Shown here piece after piece: positions 16,625 to 25,650 of a stretch of DNA of 40,000 nucleotides. The position numbers and the translations under genes are program-made. Where the stretch lies: assembly GCF_037146395.1 (NCBI RefSeq), contig NZ_JBBCVP010000004.1, one strand, 5' to 3'. This DNA is from Delftia acidovorans. GTDB lineage: Bacteria > Pseudomonadota > Gammaproteobacteria > Burkholderiales > Burkholderiaceae_C. The notes below the pieces were generated by a model, which worked only from the letters and a program-made list of their open reading frames with translations, did not search any database and had not been told where the DNA came from. Numbering within the stretch: position 1 is the first letter of the stretch; each line of letters starts with the position of its first letter.

Positions 16625-17395
16625 ATGAACACCACGCCCCCCACAGGCCAGCTTGCCGGCCGCCGCATCCTCGTCACAGGCTCGGCACGCGGCCTGGGCT
16701 TTGCGTTTGCCAAGGCCTTTTGCGAGCAGGGCGCGCGCGTCGCCATGGCCGATCTGCGGGAGGAGCTGCTGGCCGAATCCGTGGCCCGGCTGCGTGCGCA
16801 GGGCTTCGAGGCGCATGGCTTCGGGCTGGATGCCGGCAATCCGGAGTCGATAGAGCGCTGCGCGCAGCAGGCCGTGCAGGCGCTGGGCGGGCTGGACGGC
16901 CTGGTGAACAACGCGGCCGTGACCGATTCGGGCGGCAAGGGCATGGACGACATCGATCTGGACAAGTGGGACCAGGTGATGAACGTGAACGTGCGCGGCG
17001 TGTGGCTGATGACGCGTGCCTGCCGCGCCGCGCTGCGCGACAGCGGCCGGGGCGCCATCGTCAACCTGGCGTCCGACACCGCGATGTGGGGTGCCCCCAA
17101 CCTGATGGCCTATGTGGCCAGCAAGGGCGCGGTGATGGCCATGACGCGCTCCATGGCGCGCGAGCTGGGGGCCGACGGCATCACCATCAACGCCGTGGCG
17201 CCGGGCCTGGTGCTGGTGGAGGCCACGGAGTACGTGCCCGAGCACCGCCACCGCCTGTACATCGACCAGCGCGCGCTGCAGCGCGAGCAGCGGCCCGAGG
17301 ATGTGTCGGGCGCCGTGGCCTATGCGCTGTCCGATGGCGCGCGCTTCGTGACGGGGCAGGTACTGCCCGTCAACGGCGGCTTCGTCATGAATTGA
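16625..17395 (+). CDS. classical short-chain dehydrogenase/reductase (SDR)
   Basis: 256 aa from ATG 16625 (GAGGAA upstream). Motifs TGSARGLG, NNAAV, and Ser...YVASK with canonical spacing. Confidence 0.9.
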   Translation: MNTTPPTGQLAGRRILVTGSARGLGFAFAKAFCEQGARVAMADLREELLAESVARLRAQGFEAHGFGLDAGNPESIERCAQQAVQALGGLDGLVNNAAVTDSGGKGMDDIDLDKWDQVMNVNVRGVWLMTRACRAALRDSGRGAIVNLASDTAMWGAPNLMAYVASKGAVMAMTRSMARELGADGITINAVAPGLVLVEATEYVPEHRHRLYIDQRALQREQRPEDVSGAVAYALSDGARFVTGQVLPVNGGFVMN

Positions 17396-17407
17396 AGGAG
17401 GTTCGCC

Positions 17408-18295
17408 ATGACCGACACCACCTCTTCCGGGAATGCCGAGAGCGCCGAAAGCGCGGACAACGGCACCGACAAGTACATGGTGCCCGCGCTGGAGCGCGGC
17501 CTGCGCCTGCTGCAGGAGTTCGGGCGCGGCAATGCCACGCTGGGCGCGCCCGAGCTGGCCCGCCGCCTGCAGCTGCCGCGCGCCACGATTTTCCGCATGC
17601 TCAACACGCTGGAGGCCATGGGCTTTCTGCAGCGTGCCGAGGGCAGCAATGACTACCGGCTGGGCCTGTCCGTGCTGCGCCTGGGCTTCGAGTTCCTGTC
17701 GTCCATGGACCTGACCGAGCTGGGCCAGCCCGTGATCGCGCGGCTGTGCGGCGAGATCCGCTACCCCTGCAACATCGTGGTGCGTGATGGCCGCTCCATC
17801 GTCTACGTGGCCAAGGTCACGCCGCCCACGCCGCTGACCAGTTCGGTGCGTGTGGGCACGCGCCTGCCCGCCCATGCCACGGCCCTGGGCCGCGTGCTGC
17901 TGGCCGACCTGTCCCTGCCCGAGCTGCGCACGCTCTACCCCGAGGATCACCTGGAAGCGCACACGCCCAAGACGCCGCGCACGGTGCTGGACCTGTTCAA
18001 CCTGGTCGAGGCCGACCGCGAGCGCGGCCATGTGTTCAGCGAAGGTTTCTACGAAAGCTCCATCTGCACCATTGCCGCGCCCGTGCGCGACCACAGCGGC
18101 CGCGTGGTGGCGGCGCTGGGCACGACGGTCCCCGCGCCCCATGTGGAAGAGGGCCGTGCCGAGACCCTGATCGCCGGCGTCCGCGGCGCGGCGGCCGAAC
18201 TGTCCGAGCTGCTGAACTACCGCCCGCAAACGCAAACGCAGACGGCGCAGCTGCTTTCCCTCAATTCCCGGCGCGCAGGAGGCGGCCATGTTTGA
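17408..18295 (+). CDS. IclR-family transcriptional regulator
   Basis: 295 aa. Motifs VPALERGLRLL, LPRATIFRMLNTLE, GTRLPAHATALGRVLL. The stop overlaps the next gene's start by 8 bp. Confidence 0.92.
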   Translation: MTDTTSSGNAESAESADNGTDKYMVPALERGLRLLQEFGRGNATLGAPELARRLQLPRATIFRMLNTLEAMGFLQRAEGSNDYRLGLSVLRLGFEFLSSMDLTELGQPVIARLCGEIRYPCNIVVRDGRSIVYVAKVTPPTPLTSSVRVGTRLPAHATALGRVLLADLSLPELRTLYPEDHLEAHTPKTPRTVLDLFNLVEADRERGHVFSEGFYESSICTIAAPVRDHSGRVVAALGTTVPAPHVEEGRAETLIAGVRGAAAELSELLNYRPQTQTQTAQLLSLNSRRAGGGHV

Positions 18296-19085
18296 TTCCC
18301 AACTCAAGGACACCACGGCCGTCGTCACCGGCGGCTCTTCGGGCATTGGCCTGGCCACGGTCGATCTGCTGCTGTCGCAGGGCGCGCGTGTCGCCCTGTG
18401 CGGGCGCAATGCCGAACGCCTGGAGCAGGCCGTGCAGCACCTGCGCGAACGCCATCCCGAGGCCCGCCTGTTTTCACAGGCCTGCGACGTGCTCGACGCC
18501 GCCCAGGTGCAGCAATTCGCGCGTGACAGCGAGGCGGCGCTGGGTGCGGCCTCCATCCTCGTGAACAACGCGGGCCAGGGCCGGGTCTCGACCTTCGCCA
18601 GCACCGACGACGCGGCCTGGACCGAGGAGCTGCACCTGAAGTTCTTCTCGGTGCTGCATCCCACGCGCGCCTTCCTGCCGCAGCTGGAACGCACGGCGCA
18701 GCCGGCCATCGTCTGCGTGAATTCGCTGCTGGCCTCGCAGCCCGAGCCGCACATGGTGGCCACATCGGCCGCACGTGCCGGCCTCAAGAACCTGGTGCGC
18801 TCCATGGCTACCGAGTTCGCGCCCAAGGGTGTGCGCGTCAACGGCATCCTCGTCGGCCTGATCGAGTCCGGCCAGTGGCGCCGCCGCTTCGAGGCGCGCG
18901 AGGACCGCAGCCAGGACTGGAATGCCTGGAGCGGCGAACTGGCCCGCAAGAAAGCCATTCCGCTGGGCCGCCTGGGCTCGCCTGACGAGGCCGCCCGCGC
19001 CATCTTCTATCTCGCCACACCCCTGTCTTCGTACACGACCGGCAGCCACATCGATGTGTCAGGCGGTCTTTCGCGACAAGCCTAG
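18288..19085 (+). CDS. SDR-family protein with non-canonical active-site positions
   Basis: 265 aa. TGGSSGIG and NNAG are present, but the positions expected for Tyr-x3-Lys read T-S-A-A-R (Ser146, Thr159, Arg163 by spacing). GGAGG upstream. Confidence 0.85.
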   Translation: MFDSQLKDTTAVVTGGSSGIGLATVDLLLSQGARVALCGRNAERLEQAVQHLRERHPEARLFSQACDVLDAAQVQQFARDSEAALGAASILVNNAGQGRVSTFASTDDAAWTEELHLKFFSVLHPTRAFLPQLERTAQPAIVCVNSLLASQPEPHMVATSAARAGLKNLVRSMATEFAPKGVRVNGILVGLIESGQWRRRFEAREDRSQDWNAWSGELARKKAIPLGRLGSPDEAARAIFYLATPLSSYTTGSHIDVSGGLSRQA

Positions 19086-19119
19086 TGCCTCAGCCCAGCA
19101 ACCCGATTCCAAGCAGAAC

Positions 19120-20826
19120 ATGACATCCACCGCAAACAAAATCACCGTCGGCGCCGTTGTGGCCCAGTTCCTCGAACACTGCGGAGTCAAGGCCGCGTTC
19201 GGCGTGATCTCCATCCACAACATGCCCATCCTGGACGCGATGCATGCGCGCGGCCATGTCCGCTTCGTGATGGCACGCGGCGAGGCCGGCGCCGGCAACA
19301 TGGCCGATGCCTGCGCGCGTTCCACCTCCAGCCTGGGCGTGTGCATCACCAGCACCGGCCCGGCCGCCGGCAACATCGCCGGCAGCCTGGTGGAGGCCTA
19401 TACGGCCGGCACGCCGCTGCTGCACATCACGGGCCAGATCGAGACGCAGTACCTGGACCAGAAGCTGTCGTACATCCACGAGGCGCCCGACCAGCTGACC
19501 ATGCTGGGCGCCGTGTCCAAGGCGGCGTTCCGCGTGCGCAGCGCCGAGACCTGCCTGTCCACCCTCAAGGCCGCCGTGCAGGCCGCCATGACCGCGCCCA
19601 CGGGCCCGGTGAGCGTGGAGATTCCCATCGACATCCAGCAGACCGTGATCGACATGCCGGCCGACCTGTCGCCGCTGCCGGTGGCCGTGCTGGCGCCCAG
19701 CGAGGCATCGCTGGATGCGCTGGCCGACACGCTGGCCAAGGCACGCCGCCCGCTGCTGTGGCTGGGTGGCGGCGCACGCCACGCAGTCGCGGCCGTGCAG
19801 CGCCTGAAGGCGCTGGGCTTCGGCATCGTCAGCACGGGCCAGGGCCGCGGCATCGTGGCCGAGGACGATCCGGCCTCGCTGGGCGCCTACAACATCCAGA
19901 AGCCCGTGGAGGCCTTCTACCAGCGCTGCGACGCCATGCTGGCCGTGGGCACGCGCCTGCGCAGCAATGAGACGCTGAAGTACGAACTCAAGCTGCCGCG
20001 CCCGCTGCTGCGCATCGATGTCGATGCCGCCCAGCAGGGCCGCTGCTATGCCGACGACGGCTTTGTCTGCGGCGACTCGGCCCTGGCGCTGACGGGCCTG
20101 GCCGACCGGCTGGAGGCGCGCGGCTACCAAGCCGACCCCGAGCTGCTGGCCGACCTGCGCCAGGTGCATGACGAGGCGGTGGCCACCATGCGCGACGGCC
20201 TGGGCCCGTACAGCGTGCTGGTGCAGCAGCTGCAAAAGGCGGTGGGCCGCAACTTCAACTGGGTGCGCGACGTGACCGTCTCCAACAGCACCTGGGGCAA
20301 CCGCGAGCTGCGCTTTTTCGAGCCCAATGCGGGCGTGCACGCCACGGGCGGCGGCATCGGCATGGGCATGCCCATGGCCATCGGCGCTGCCGTGGGCGCG
20401 GCGGTGACCGGCTCGGGCCGCAAGACGCTGGGCCTGGCGGGCGATGGCGGCTTCATCCTGAACCTGGGCGAACTGGCCACGCTGGTGCAGGAGGAGTGCG
20501 ACACCCTGATCGTGCTCATGAACGACCAGCGCTACGGCGTGATCCAGAACATCCAGGACGCCTCCTACGGCGGCCGCCGCTGCTATGTGGAGCTGCACAC
20601 GCCCGACTACGCGCAGCTGTGCGCCTCCATCCAGCTGCCCCATGCCCGCGTGCAGAACCTCGACGAGCTGCCGGCCGTGCTGGCCTCTGCCTGGGCCAAG
20701 AAGGGCCCCTTCCTGCTGGAGATCGACATGCGCGCCATCGGCAGCTTCAAGGCCACGTTCTCGGGCCCTCCCGTGAACAAGCTGGACCAGATCCCGGCCA
20801 CCACCACGGCGTCCAAGGCCGCCTGA
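19120..20826 (+). CDS. thiamine-diphosphate-dependent enzyme (acetolactate synthase / decarboxylase / dione-hydrolase superfamily)
   Basis: 568 aa from ATG 19120. N-terminal PYR domain with the catalytic Glu context (ARGEAGAGNMADA). ThDP-binding GDGGF...x...ND motif. Confidence 0.88.
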   Translation: MTSTANKITVGAVVAQFLEHCGVKAAFGVISIHNMPILDAMHARGHVRFVMARGEAGAGNMADACARSTSSLGVCITSTGPAAGNIAGSLVEAYTAGTPLLHITGQIETQYLDQKLSYIHEAPDQLTMLGAVSKAAFRVRSAETCLSTLKAAVQAAMTAPTGPVSVEIPIDIQQTVIDMPADLSPLPVAVLAPSEASLDALADTLAKARRPLLWLGGGARHAVAAVQRLKALGFGIVSTGQGRGIVAEDDPASLGAYNIQKPVEAFYQRCDAMLAVGTRLRSNETLKYELKLPRPLLRIDVDAAQQGRCYADDGFVCGDSALALTGLADRLEARGYQADPELLADLRQVHDEAVATMRDGLGPYSVLVQQLQKAVGRNFNWVRDVTVSNSTWGNRELRFFEPNAGVHATGGGIGMGMPMAIGAAVGAAVTGSGRKTLGLAGDGGFILNLGELATLVQEECDTLIVLMNDQRYGVIQNIQDASYGGRRCYVELHTPDYAQLCASIQLPHARVQNLDELPAVLASAWAKKGPFLLEIDMRAIGSFKATFSGPPVNKLDQIPATTTASKAA

Positions 20827-20861
20827 GGCGGCTGGATTCGAACGAACGAGAGAGGCTCACC

Positions 20862-22337
20862 ATGTCGAACCTGGAACTGCTCCCCATCAATATCGCCGGC
20901 GAATGGCGCCTGGGCGGCGGTGGCGAATCCACCACGCTGTATCCCGCCACCGGCGAAGTGGTGGGCCGCCTGCGCGCGCCCAGCCTGGAGGATGTGGAGG
21001 AGGCCATCCAGAAGGCCGACCACGCCTTCCGCACCAGCGGCTGGGCCCAGAAAAAGCCCCATGAGCGCGCGGCCGTGCTGCACCGCGTGGCCCAGCTGAT
21101 CCGCGAGCGCGCCGAGCCGCTGGCCCAGCTGCAGCGCCTGGACAACGGCAAGCCCATCAAGGAAACACGCATGCTGGTGGCCAGCGCTGCCGCCACCTTC
21201 CAGTTCTTTGCCGCCGCCTGCGAGACCATGGAGGAAACCATCACGCCCTCGCGCGGCGACTTCATGACCATGAGCGTGTACGAGCCCATGGGCGTGGTGG
21301 CGGCCATCACGCCGTGGAACTCGCCCATCGCCAGCGAGGCGCAAAAGCTGGCGCCCGCGCTGGCCGCCGGCAATGCCGTGGTCGTCAAGCCCGCCGAAGC
21401 CACGCCGCTGCTGGCGCTGGAGCTGGCCAGGATCTGCGAGGAGGCCGGCGTGCCCAAGGGCCTGGTCAGCGTGCTGCCGGGCCGCGGCTCGGTGATCGGC
21501 GATGCCATCACCAAGCACCCGCTGGTCAAGCGCGTGTCGTTCACGGGCGGCACGTCCACGGGCAAGCACATCGCCCACATCGCGGCCGACAAGATGATGC
21601 CGGTCTCGCTGGAGCTGGGCGGCAAGTCGGCCACCATGGTGCTGGCCGATGCCGACATCGACCACGCCGTCAACGGCGTGCTCTACGGCATCTTCAGTTC
21701 CTCGGGCGAGTCGTGCATCGCGGGCTCGCGCCTGTTCGTGGCGCGCGCCTTGCACGCCGAGTTCATGCAGCGCCTGACGGCCAAGGCCGCCGCGCTGCAG
21801 GTGGGCGACCCGGCCGACGAGCGCACGCAGATGGGGCCGCTGATCACCGCCAGGCACCGCGAATCCATCGAGAGCTATGTGGCCCTGGGCCTGTCCGAAG
21901 GCGGCCGGCTGCTCACGGGCGGACAGCGGCCCGAGGGCGCGCAGTTCGAGCGCGGCTACTACTACCGCCCCACCATCATCGACGGCGTGAAGAACGACTG
22001 GCAGATCTGCCAGCAGGAAATCTTCGGCCCCGTGCTCGTGGCCATGCCCTTCGACAACGAGGACGACCTGCTCGCCCAGGCCAACGACAGCGTCTATGCG
22101 CTGGCCGCCGGCATCTGGACGCGCGACTACAAGAGCGCCTGGCGCATTGGCCGCGCCGTGCAGGCCGGCACGGTCTGGATCAACACCTACAAGCAGTTCT
22201 CCATCTCCACGCCCTTCGGCGGCTGGCGCGACAGCGGCCTGGGCCGCGAGAAGGGGCGGCTGGGCATACAGCAGTACATGGAGCAAAAGAGCATGTACTG
22301 GGGCTTGAACGAGAGCCCCATCGCTTGGGCAAATTGA
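20862..22337 (+). CDS. NAD(P)-dependent aldehyde dehydrogenase
   Basis: 491 aa from ATG 20862. Motifs LELGGKSA (Glu), GESCIAGSR (Cys), EEIFGPV-type QEIFGPV. Confidence 0.92.
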   Translation: MSNLELLPINIAGEWRLGGGGESTTLYPATGEVVGRLRAPSLEDVEEAIQKADHAFRTSGWAQKKPHERAAVLHRVAQLIRERAEPLAQLQRLDNGKPIKETRMLVASAAATFQFFAAACETMEETITPSRGDFMTMSVYEPMGVVAAITPWNSPIASEAQKLAPALAAGNAVVVKPAEATPLLALELARICEEAGVPKGLVSVLPGRGSVIGDAITKHPLVKRVSFTGGTSTGKHIAHIAADKMMPVSLELGGKSATMVLADADIDHAVNGVLYGIFSSSGESCIAGSRLFVARALHAEFMQRLTAKAAALQVGDPADERTQMGPLITARHRESIESYVALGLSEGGRLLTGGQRPEGAQFERGYYYRPTIIDGVKNDWQICQQEIFGPVLVAMPFDNEDDLLAQANDSVYALAAGIWTRDYKSAWRIGRAVQAGTVWINTYKQFSISTPFGGWRDSGLGREKGRLGIQQYMEQKSMYWGLNESPIAWAN

Positions 22338-22348
22338 AGGAGCACGAC

Positions 22349-23311
22349 ATGAGCGTACTGGGCATAGACGAAATCACCTATGGCGCGGACGACCTGGCGA
22401 CCTGCCGCCGCTTCTTCCTGGACTGGGGCCTGAAGCTGGTGCAGGAACAGGCCGACCGGCTGGTGTTCGAGACCCTCAACGGCTGCCGCGTGATCGTGGC
22501 CGCCGTGGACCATCCCGATCTGCCGCCCGCCATCGAGGCCGGCCCCACGCTGCGCGAGGTGGTCTGGGGCGTGGAGAGCGAGGCGGACCTTGCGCTGTAC
22601 GCCAGCCGCATTGCCGCGCTGCCGGGCTTCACGCAGGGCCAGGGGCGCATAGGCTGCACCGATCCCAACGGCCTGTCCGTGCGCCTGCAGGTCACGCAAA
22701 AGCGCGATGTCGATGTGCAAAGCGCCGCCTACAACACCTGGAGCCGCAAGGATCGCATCGACCAGGCCAGCCCCGCCTACGAGCGCGCCCAGCCCATCGA
22801 GGTCGGCCATGTGGTGTTCTTCGTCAAGGATGTGCAGGCCTGCGAGCGTTTCTACGTGGACAACTTCGGCTTCGCAGCCTCGGACCGCTACCCCGAGCGC
22901 GGCGCCTTCCTGCGCTGCGCGCCCGACGGCGGCCACCACGACATCTTCCTGCTGCAGCGCCCGGCCAGGGACGCGGGCCTGAACCACGTGGCCTTCACGG
23001 TGCGCGACATCCACGAGGTCTTCGGCGGCGGCATGCACATCTCGCGCTGCGGCTGGGACACCCAGTTGGGCCCGGGCCGCCATCCCGTGTCCTCGGCCTA
23101 TTTCTGGTACTTCCGCAATCCGGCCGGCGCCCTGGTCGAGTACTACGCCGACGAGGACCAGCTGACCGCCGACTGGCAGCCGCGCGAGTTCGAGCCCGGC
23201 CCCACGGTGTTTGCCGAATGGGCCATCGATGGCGGCATCGACGGCAACACCCGGCGCCAGAAGGGCGTTGGCACATCGGACGGCAAGTTCATCACCGACA
23301 AGCGGCATTGA
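22349..23311 (+). CDS. two-domain VOC-family protein (type I extradiol dioxygenase-like)
   Basis: 320 aa from ATG 22349 (GAAGGAG upstream). The C-terminal domain has candidate His/His/Glu metal ligands (VGHVVFF, LNHVAF, LVEYY). Confidence 0.8.
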   Translation: MSVLGIDEITYGADDLATCRRFFLDWGLKLVQEQADRLVFETLNGCRVIVAAVDHPDLPPAIEAGPTLREVVWGVESEADLALYASRIAALPGFTQGQGRIGCTDPNGLSVRLQVTQKRDVDVQSAAYNTWSRKDRIDQASPAYERAQPIEVGHVVFFVKDVQACERFYVDNFGFAASDRYPERGAFLRCAPDGGHHDIFLLQRPARDAGLNHVAFTVRDIHEVFGGGMHISRCGWDTQLGPGRHPVSSAYFWYFRNPAGALVEYYADEDQLTADWQPREFEPGPTVFAEWAIDGGIDGNTRRQKGVGTSDGKFITDKRH

Positions 23312-23362
23312 GACCGCGCCTGACGGCCTCCCCCCACAACCCAACCACCCCACGGCCTCCCC

Positions 23363-24340
23363 ATGAACAAGACACGTCGCCAGGTTTCTCTCGCCGCTGC
23401 ATTCCTGGCTGCAGCCACGCTGTCCGGCACCGCGATGGCCCAGGCCTATCCGGCCAAGCCCATCACCATCATCGTGGCCTATCCGGCCGGCGGCGACACC
23501 GATGCCATGGCGCGCCTGTATGCCGAGAAGCTGTCCACGCGCCTGGGCCAGCCCGTGCTGGTGGACAACCGCCCCGGTGCCAGCGGCACCATCGGCAGCG
23601 TGCATGTGGCCAAGGCCGCGCCGGACGGCTACACCCTGCTGCTGGCGCCCAATACCTTTGCCATCGCGCAATTCGTGCTCAAGACGGCCTCGGGCTCCAG
23701 CTACGACGTGCTGCACGGCTTCACGCCCATCGTGCAGACCAGCGTGCAGCCCATGTTCGTGGCCACCAACCAGGCCTCGGGCATCAAGGACATGAAGACC
23801 CTGATCGCCCAGGGCAAGCGCGACGGCCTGACCTACGCCAGCCCCGGCAGCGGCTCGCCCATGCACATCCTGGGCGAGATGTTCAACCGCGCCGCCGGCA
23901 CGCGTATCGCCCACATTCCCTACAAGGGCGTGGCGCCTGCCGTCAACGACCTGATCGGCGGCCATGTGCCCACGACCTTCATGACCTGGGGGCCGATCGC
24001 GCCCTACATCGGCGGCAAGGTCACCGCCCTGGCCGTGGCCGACGGCCAGCGCAGCGCGCTGGCCCCCAATGTGCCCACCCTGGCCGAACTGGGCGTCAAG
24101 GACGTGGAAGTGTCCGCATGGCAGGGCCTGTTCGGCCCCAAGGGCATGTCGCCCGAGACCGTGAAGCTGCTGAACACGCATCTCAACGAGATCCTGAAGA
24201 TGCCCGACGTGGTCTCCAAGATGGCCACCTTCGGCGCGCTGCCCGCGGGCGGCGAGCCCGCGCGCCTGGAAAAGACCAATGCCGCCGATTTCAATCGCTT
24301 CGGCAAGCTCATCAAAGATCTGGATATCAGGGCTGATTGA
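23363..24340 (+). CDS. Bug-family (TctC-like) periplasmic substrate-binding protein
   Basis: 325 aa. Signal peptide ends ...GTAMAQA. Motifs VDNRPGASG, PDGYTLLL, YASPGSGSPMH. Confidence 0.9.
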   Translation: MNKTRRQVSLAAAFLAAATLSGTAMAQAYPAKPITIIVAYPAGGDTDAMARLYAEKLSTRLGQPVLVDNRPGASGTIGSVHVAKAAPDGYTLLLAPNTFAIAQFVLKTASGSSYDVLHGFTPIVQTSVQPMFVATNQASGIKDMKTLIAQGKRDGLTYASPGSGSPMHILGEMFNRAAGTRIAHIPYKGVAPAVNDLIGGHVPTTFMTWGPIAPYIGGKVTALAVADGQRSALAPNVPTLAELGVKDVEVSAWQGLFGPKGMSPETVKLLNTHLNEILKMPDVVSKMATFGALPAGGEPARLEKTNAADFNRFGKLIKDLDIRAD

Positions 24341-24378
24341 GCCCCCCCCACACAAGACAGTTTTCGAAGGAGAGAACC

Positions 24379-24600
24379 ATGGCCGCTGATCGCTATCTCG
24401 AGCCGCACCAGGCGCGCGAACGCGCCCCCACCCTGATGGAAGACCTGCTGGGCGATTCCATCGAACGCGCCTTCGGCGAAGGCGTGCAGACCCTGCCCGA
24501 ACTGGTGGCCTATCTCAACCGCAGCGGCCCCGCCGGCGAGAACGGCCAGGCCTGGACCGAAGACAGCTTCCAGGCGCTGATGGCGCGGCTGGGCTATTGA
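24379..24600 (+). CDS. 73-aa protein of unknown function (possibly a recombinase-like HTH-type small protein)
   Basis: ATG 24379 is preceded by GAAGGAGAG. G/C-rich third positions. It sits 24 bp upstream of the Rieske oxygenase gene. The family assignment comes from memory of similar small proteins next to Rieske oxygenases and is unverified. Confidence 0.6.
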   Translation: MAADRYLEPHQARERAPTLMEDLLGDSIERAFGEGVQTLPELVAYLNRSGPAGENGQAWTEDSFQALMARLGY

Positions 24601-24624
24601 TACCGCGCAGGACAGGAGAGCCCC

Positions 24625-25650
24625 ATGAACGTACAAACCATCACCATCGATCCGGTGGACGGCCTGCTCAACAAAGGCCTGAAGAACCTCTGGTACGCGG
24701 TCTGCCCCTCGGACTTCGTGAAGACCCAGCCCGTGTCGGTGCGCCGCTTCGGCCGCAAGATCGCGCTGTGGCGCGATGCCGCCGGCCAGGTCCACGCGCT
24801 GGAAGACCACTGCCCGCACCGCGGCGCGCCGCTGTCGCAGGGCGTGATCCTGGGCGACCGCCTGGCCTGCCCCTACCACGGCGTGGAAGTGCGCTGCGAC
24901 GGCACGGTGACCAAGGTGCCCGGCAGCCCCGGCTGCAAGCTCGAGGGTTCGCGCGCGGCGCTGGCCTTCCATGCGCGCGAGGCGCATGGCGCCATCTTCC
25001 TCTACAACAGCGACAAGGCCGTGGACGAGGCGCCCGAGTTCACGCTGCCCGAGGAGCTGACCTCGCCCGAGTACTCCAACTTCCTGTGCTATGCCGAGTG
25101 GCGCAGCGACTACCGCTATGCGCTGGACAACGTCATGGACCCCATGCACGGCACCTTCCTGCACAAGCAGTCGCACTCCATGGCCGAGGGCGACAGCAAG
25201 GCCACGTTCCAGGTGCGCGAGACCGATGACGGCTTCGTCTTCGAGAAGGTGGGCCAGCGCGGCGTGAACTTCGACTGGACCGAGTGGGGCAGCACGGGCG
25301 TGCACTGGATGCGCCTGGAGATCCCTTATCCCAAGACCGGCGGCCCCGGCGGCAACTTCGCCATCGTGGCCTGCGTCACGCCCATCAGCGCCGACCTGTG
25401 CGCCGTGTTCTTCTGGCGCTGCCGCAAGGTGCAGGGCTGGATGCGCGATACCTGGCGCTTCCTGTACCGCAACCGCCTGGAGGCGCGCCACTGGGCCGTG
25501 CTGGAGCAGGACCGGATCATGATGGAGCAGATGGAGCTGGACGCCAACGAGCGCGAGAACCTCTACCAGCACGACATCGGCCTGGTGCGCCTGCGCCGCC
25601 ACCTGCGCCGCCTGGCCCAGGAGCAGATCGACGAAGGCGCCGCATCATGA
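24625..25650 (+). CDS. Rieske non-heme iron oxygenase, catalytic subunit (class IA, VanA/TsaM/phthalate family)
   Basis: 341 aa. Rieske motif CPHRG...CPYHG. Mononuclear iron motif DNVMDPMHGTFLH. There is no beta subunit, which is typical of alpha-only monooxygenases. Confidence 0.92.
   Translation: MNVQTITIDPVDGLLNKGLKNLWYAVCPSDFVKTQPVSVRRFGRKIALWRDAAGQVHALEDHCPHRGAPLSQGVILGDRLACPYHGVEVRCDGTVTKVPGSPGCKLEGSRAALAFHAREAHGAIFLYNSDKAVDEAPEFTLPEELTSPEYSNFLCYAEWRSDYRYALDNVMDPMHGTFLHKQSHSMAEGDSKATFQVRETDDGFVFEKVGQRGVNFDWTEWGSTGVHWMRLEIPYPKTGGPGGNFAIVACVTPISADLCAVFFWRCRKVQGWMRDTWRFLYRNRLEARHWAVLEQDRIMMEQMELDANERENLYQHDIGLVRLRRHLRRLAQEQIDEGAAS

Noticed and set aside
16574-19003. 809-aa minus-strand ORF opposite SDR-IclR-SDR
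   Set aside because: It is antisense to three genes with clear family motifs and proper ribosome-binding sites. It is a high-GC shadow ORF.
22187-25602. 722-aa and 532-aa minus-strand ORFs opposite the VOC, Bug and Rieske genes
   Set aside because: Same reasoning. The plus-strand genes carry diagnostic motifs (Rieske CPHRG/CPYHG, Bug signatures), whereas the minus frames are low-complexity.
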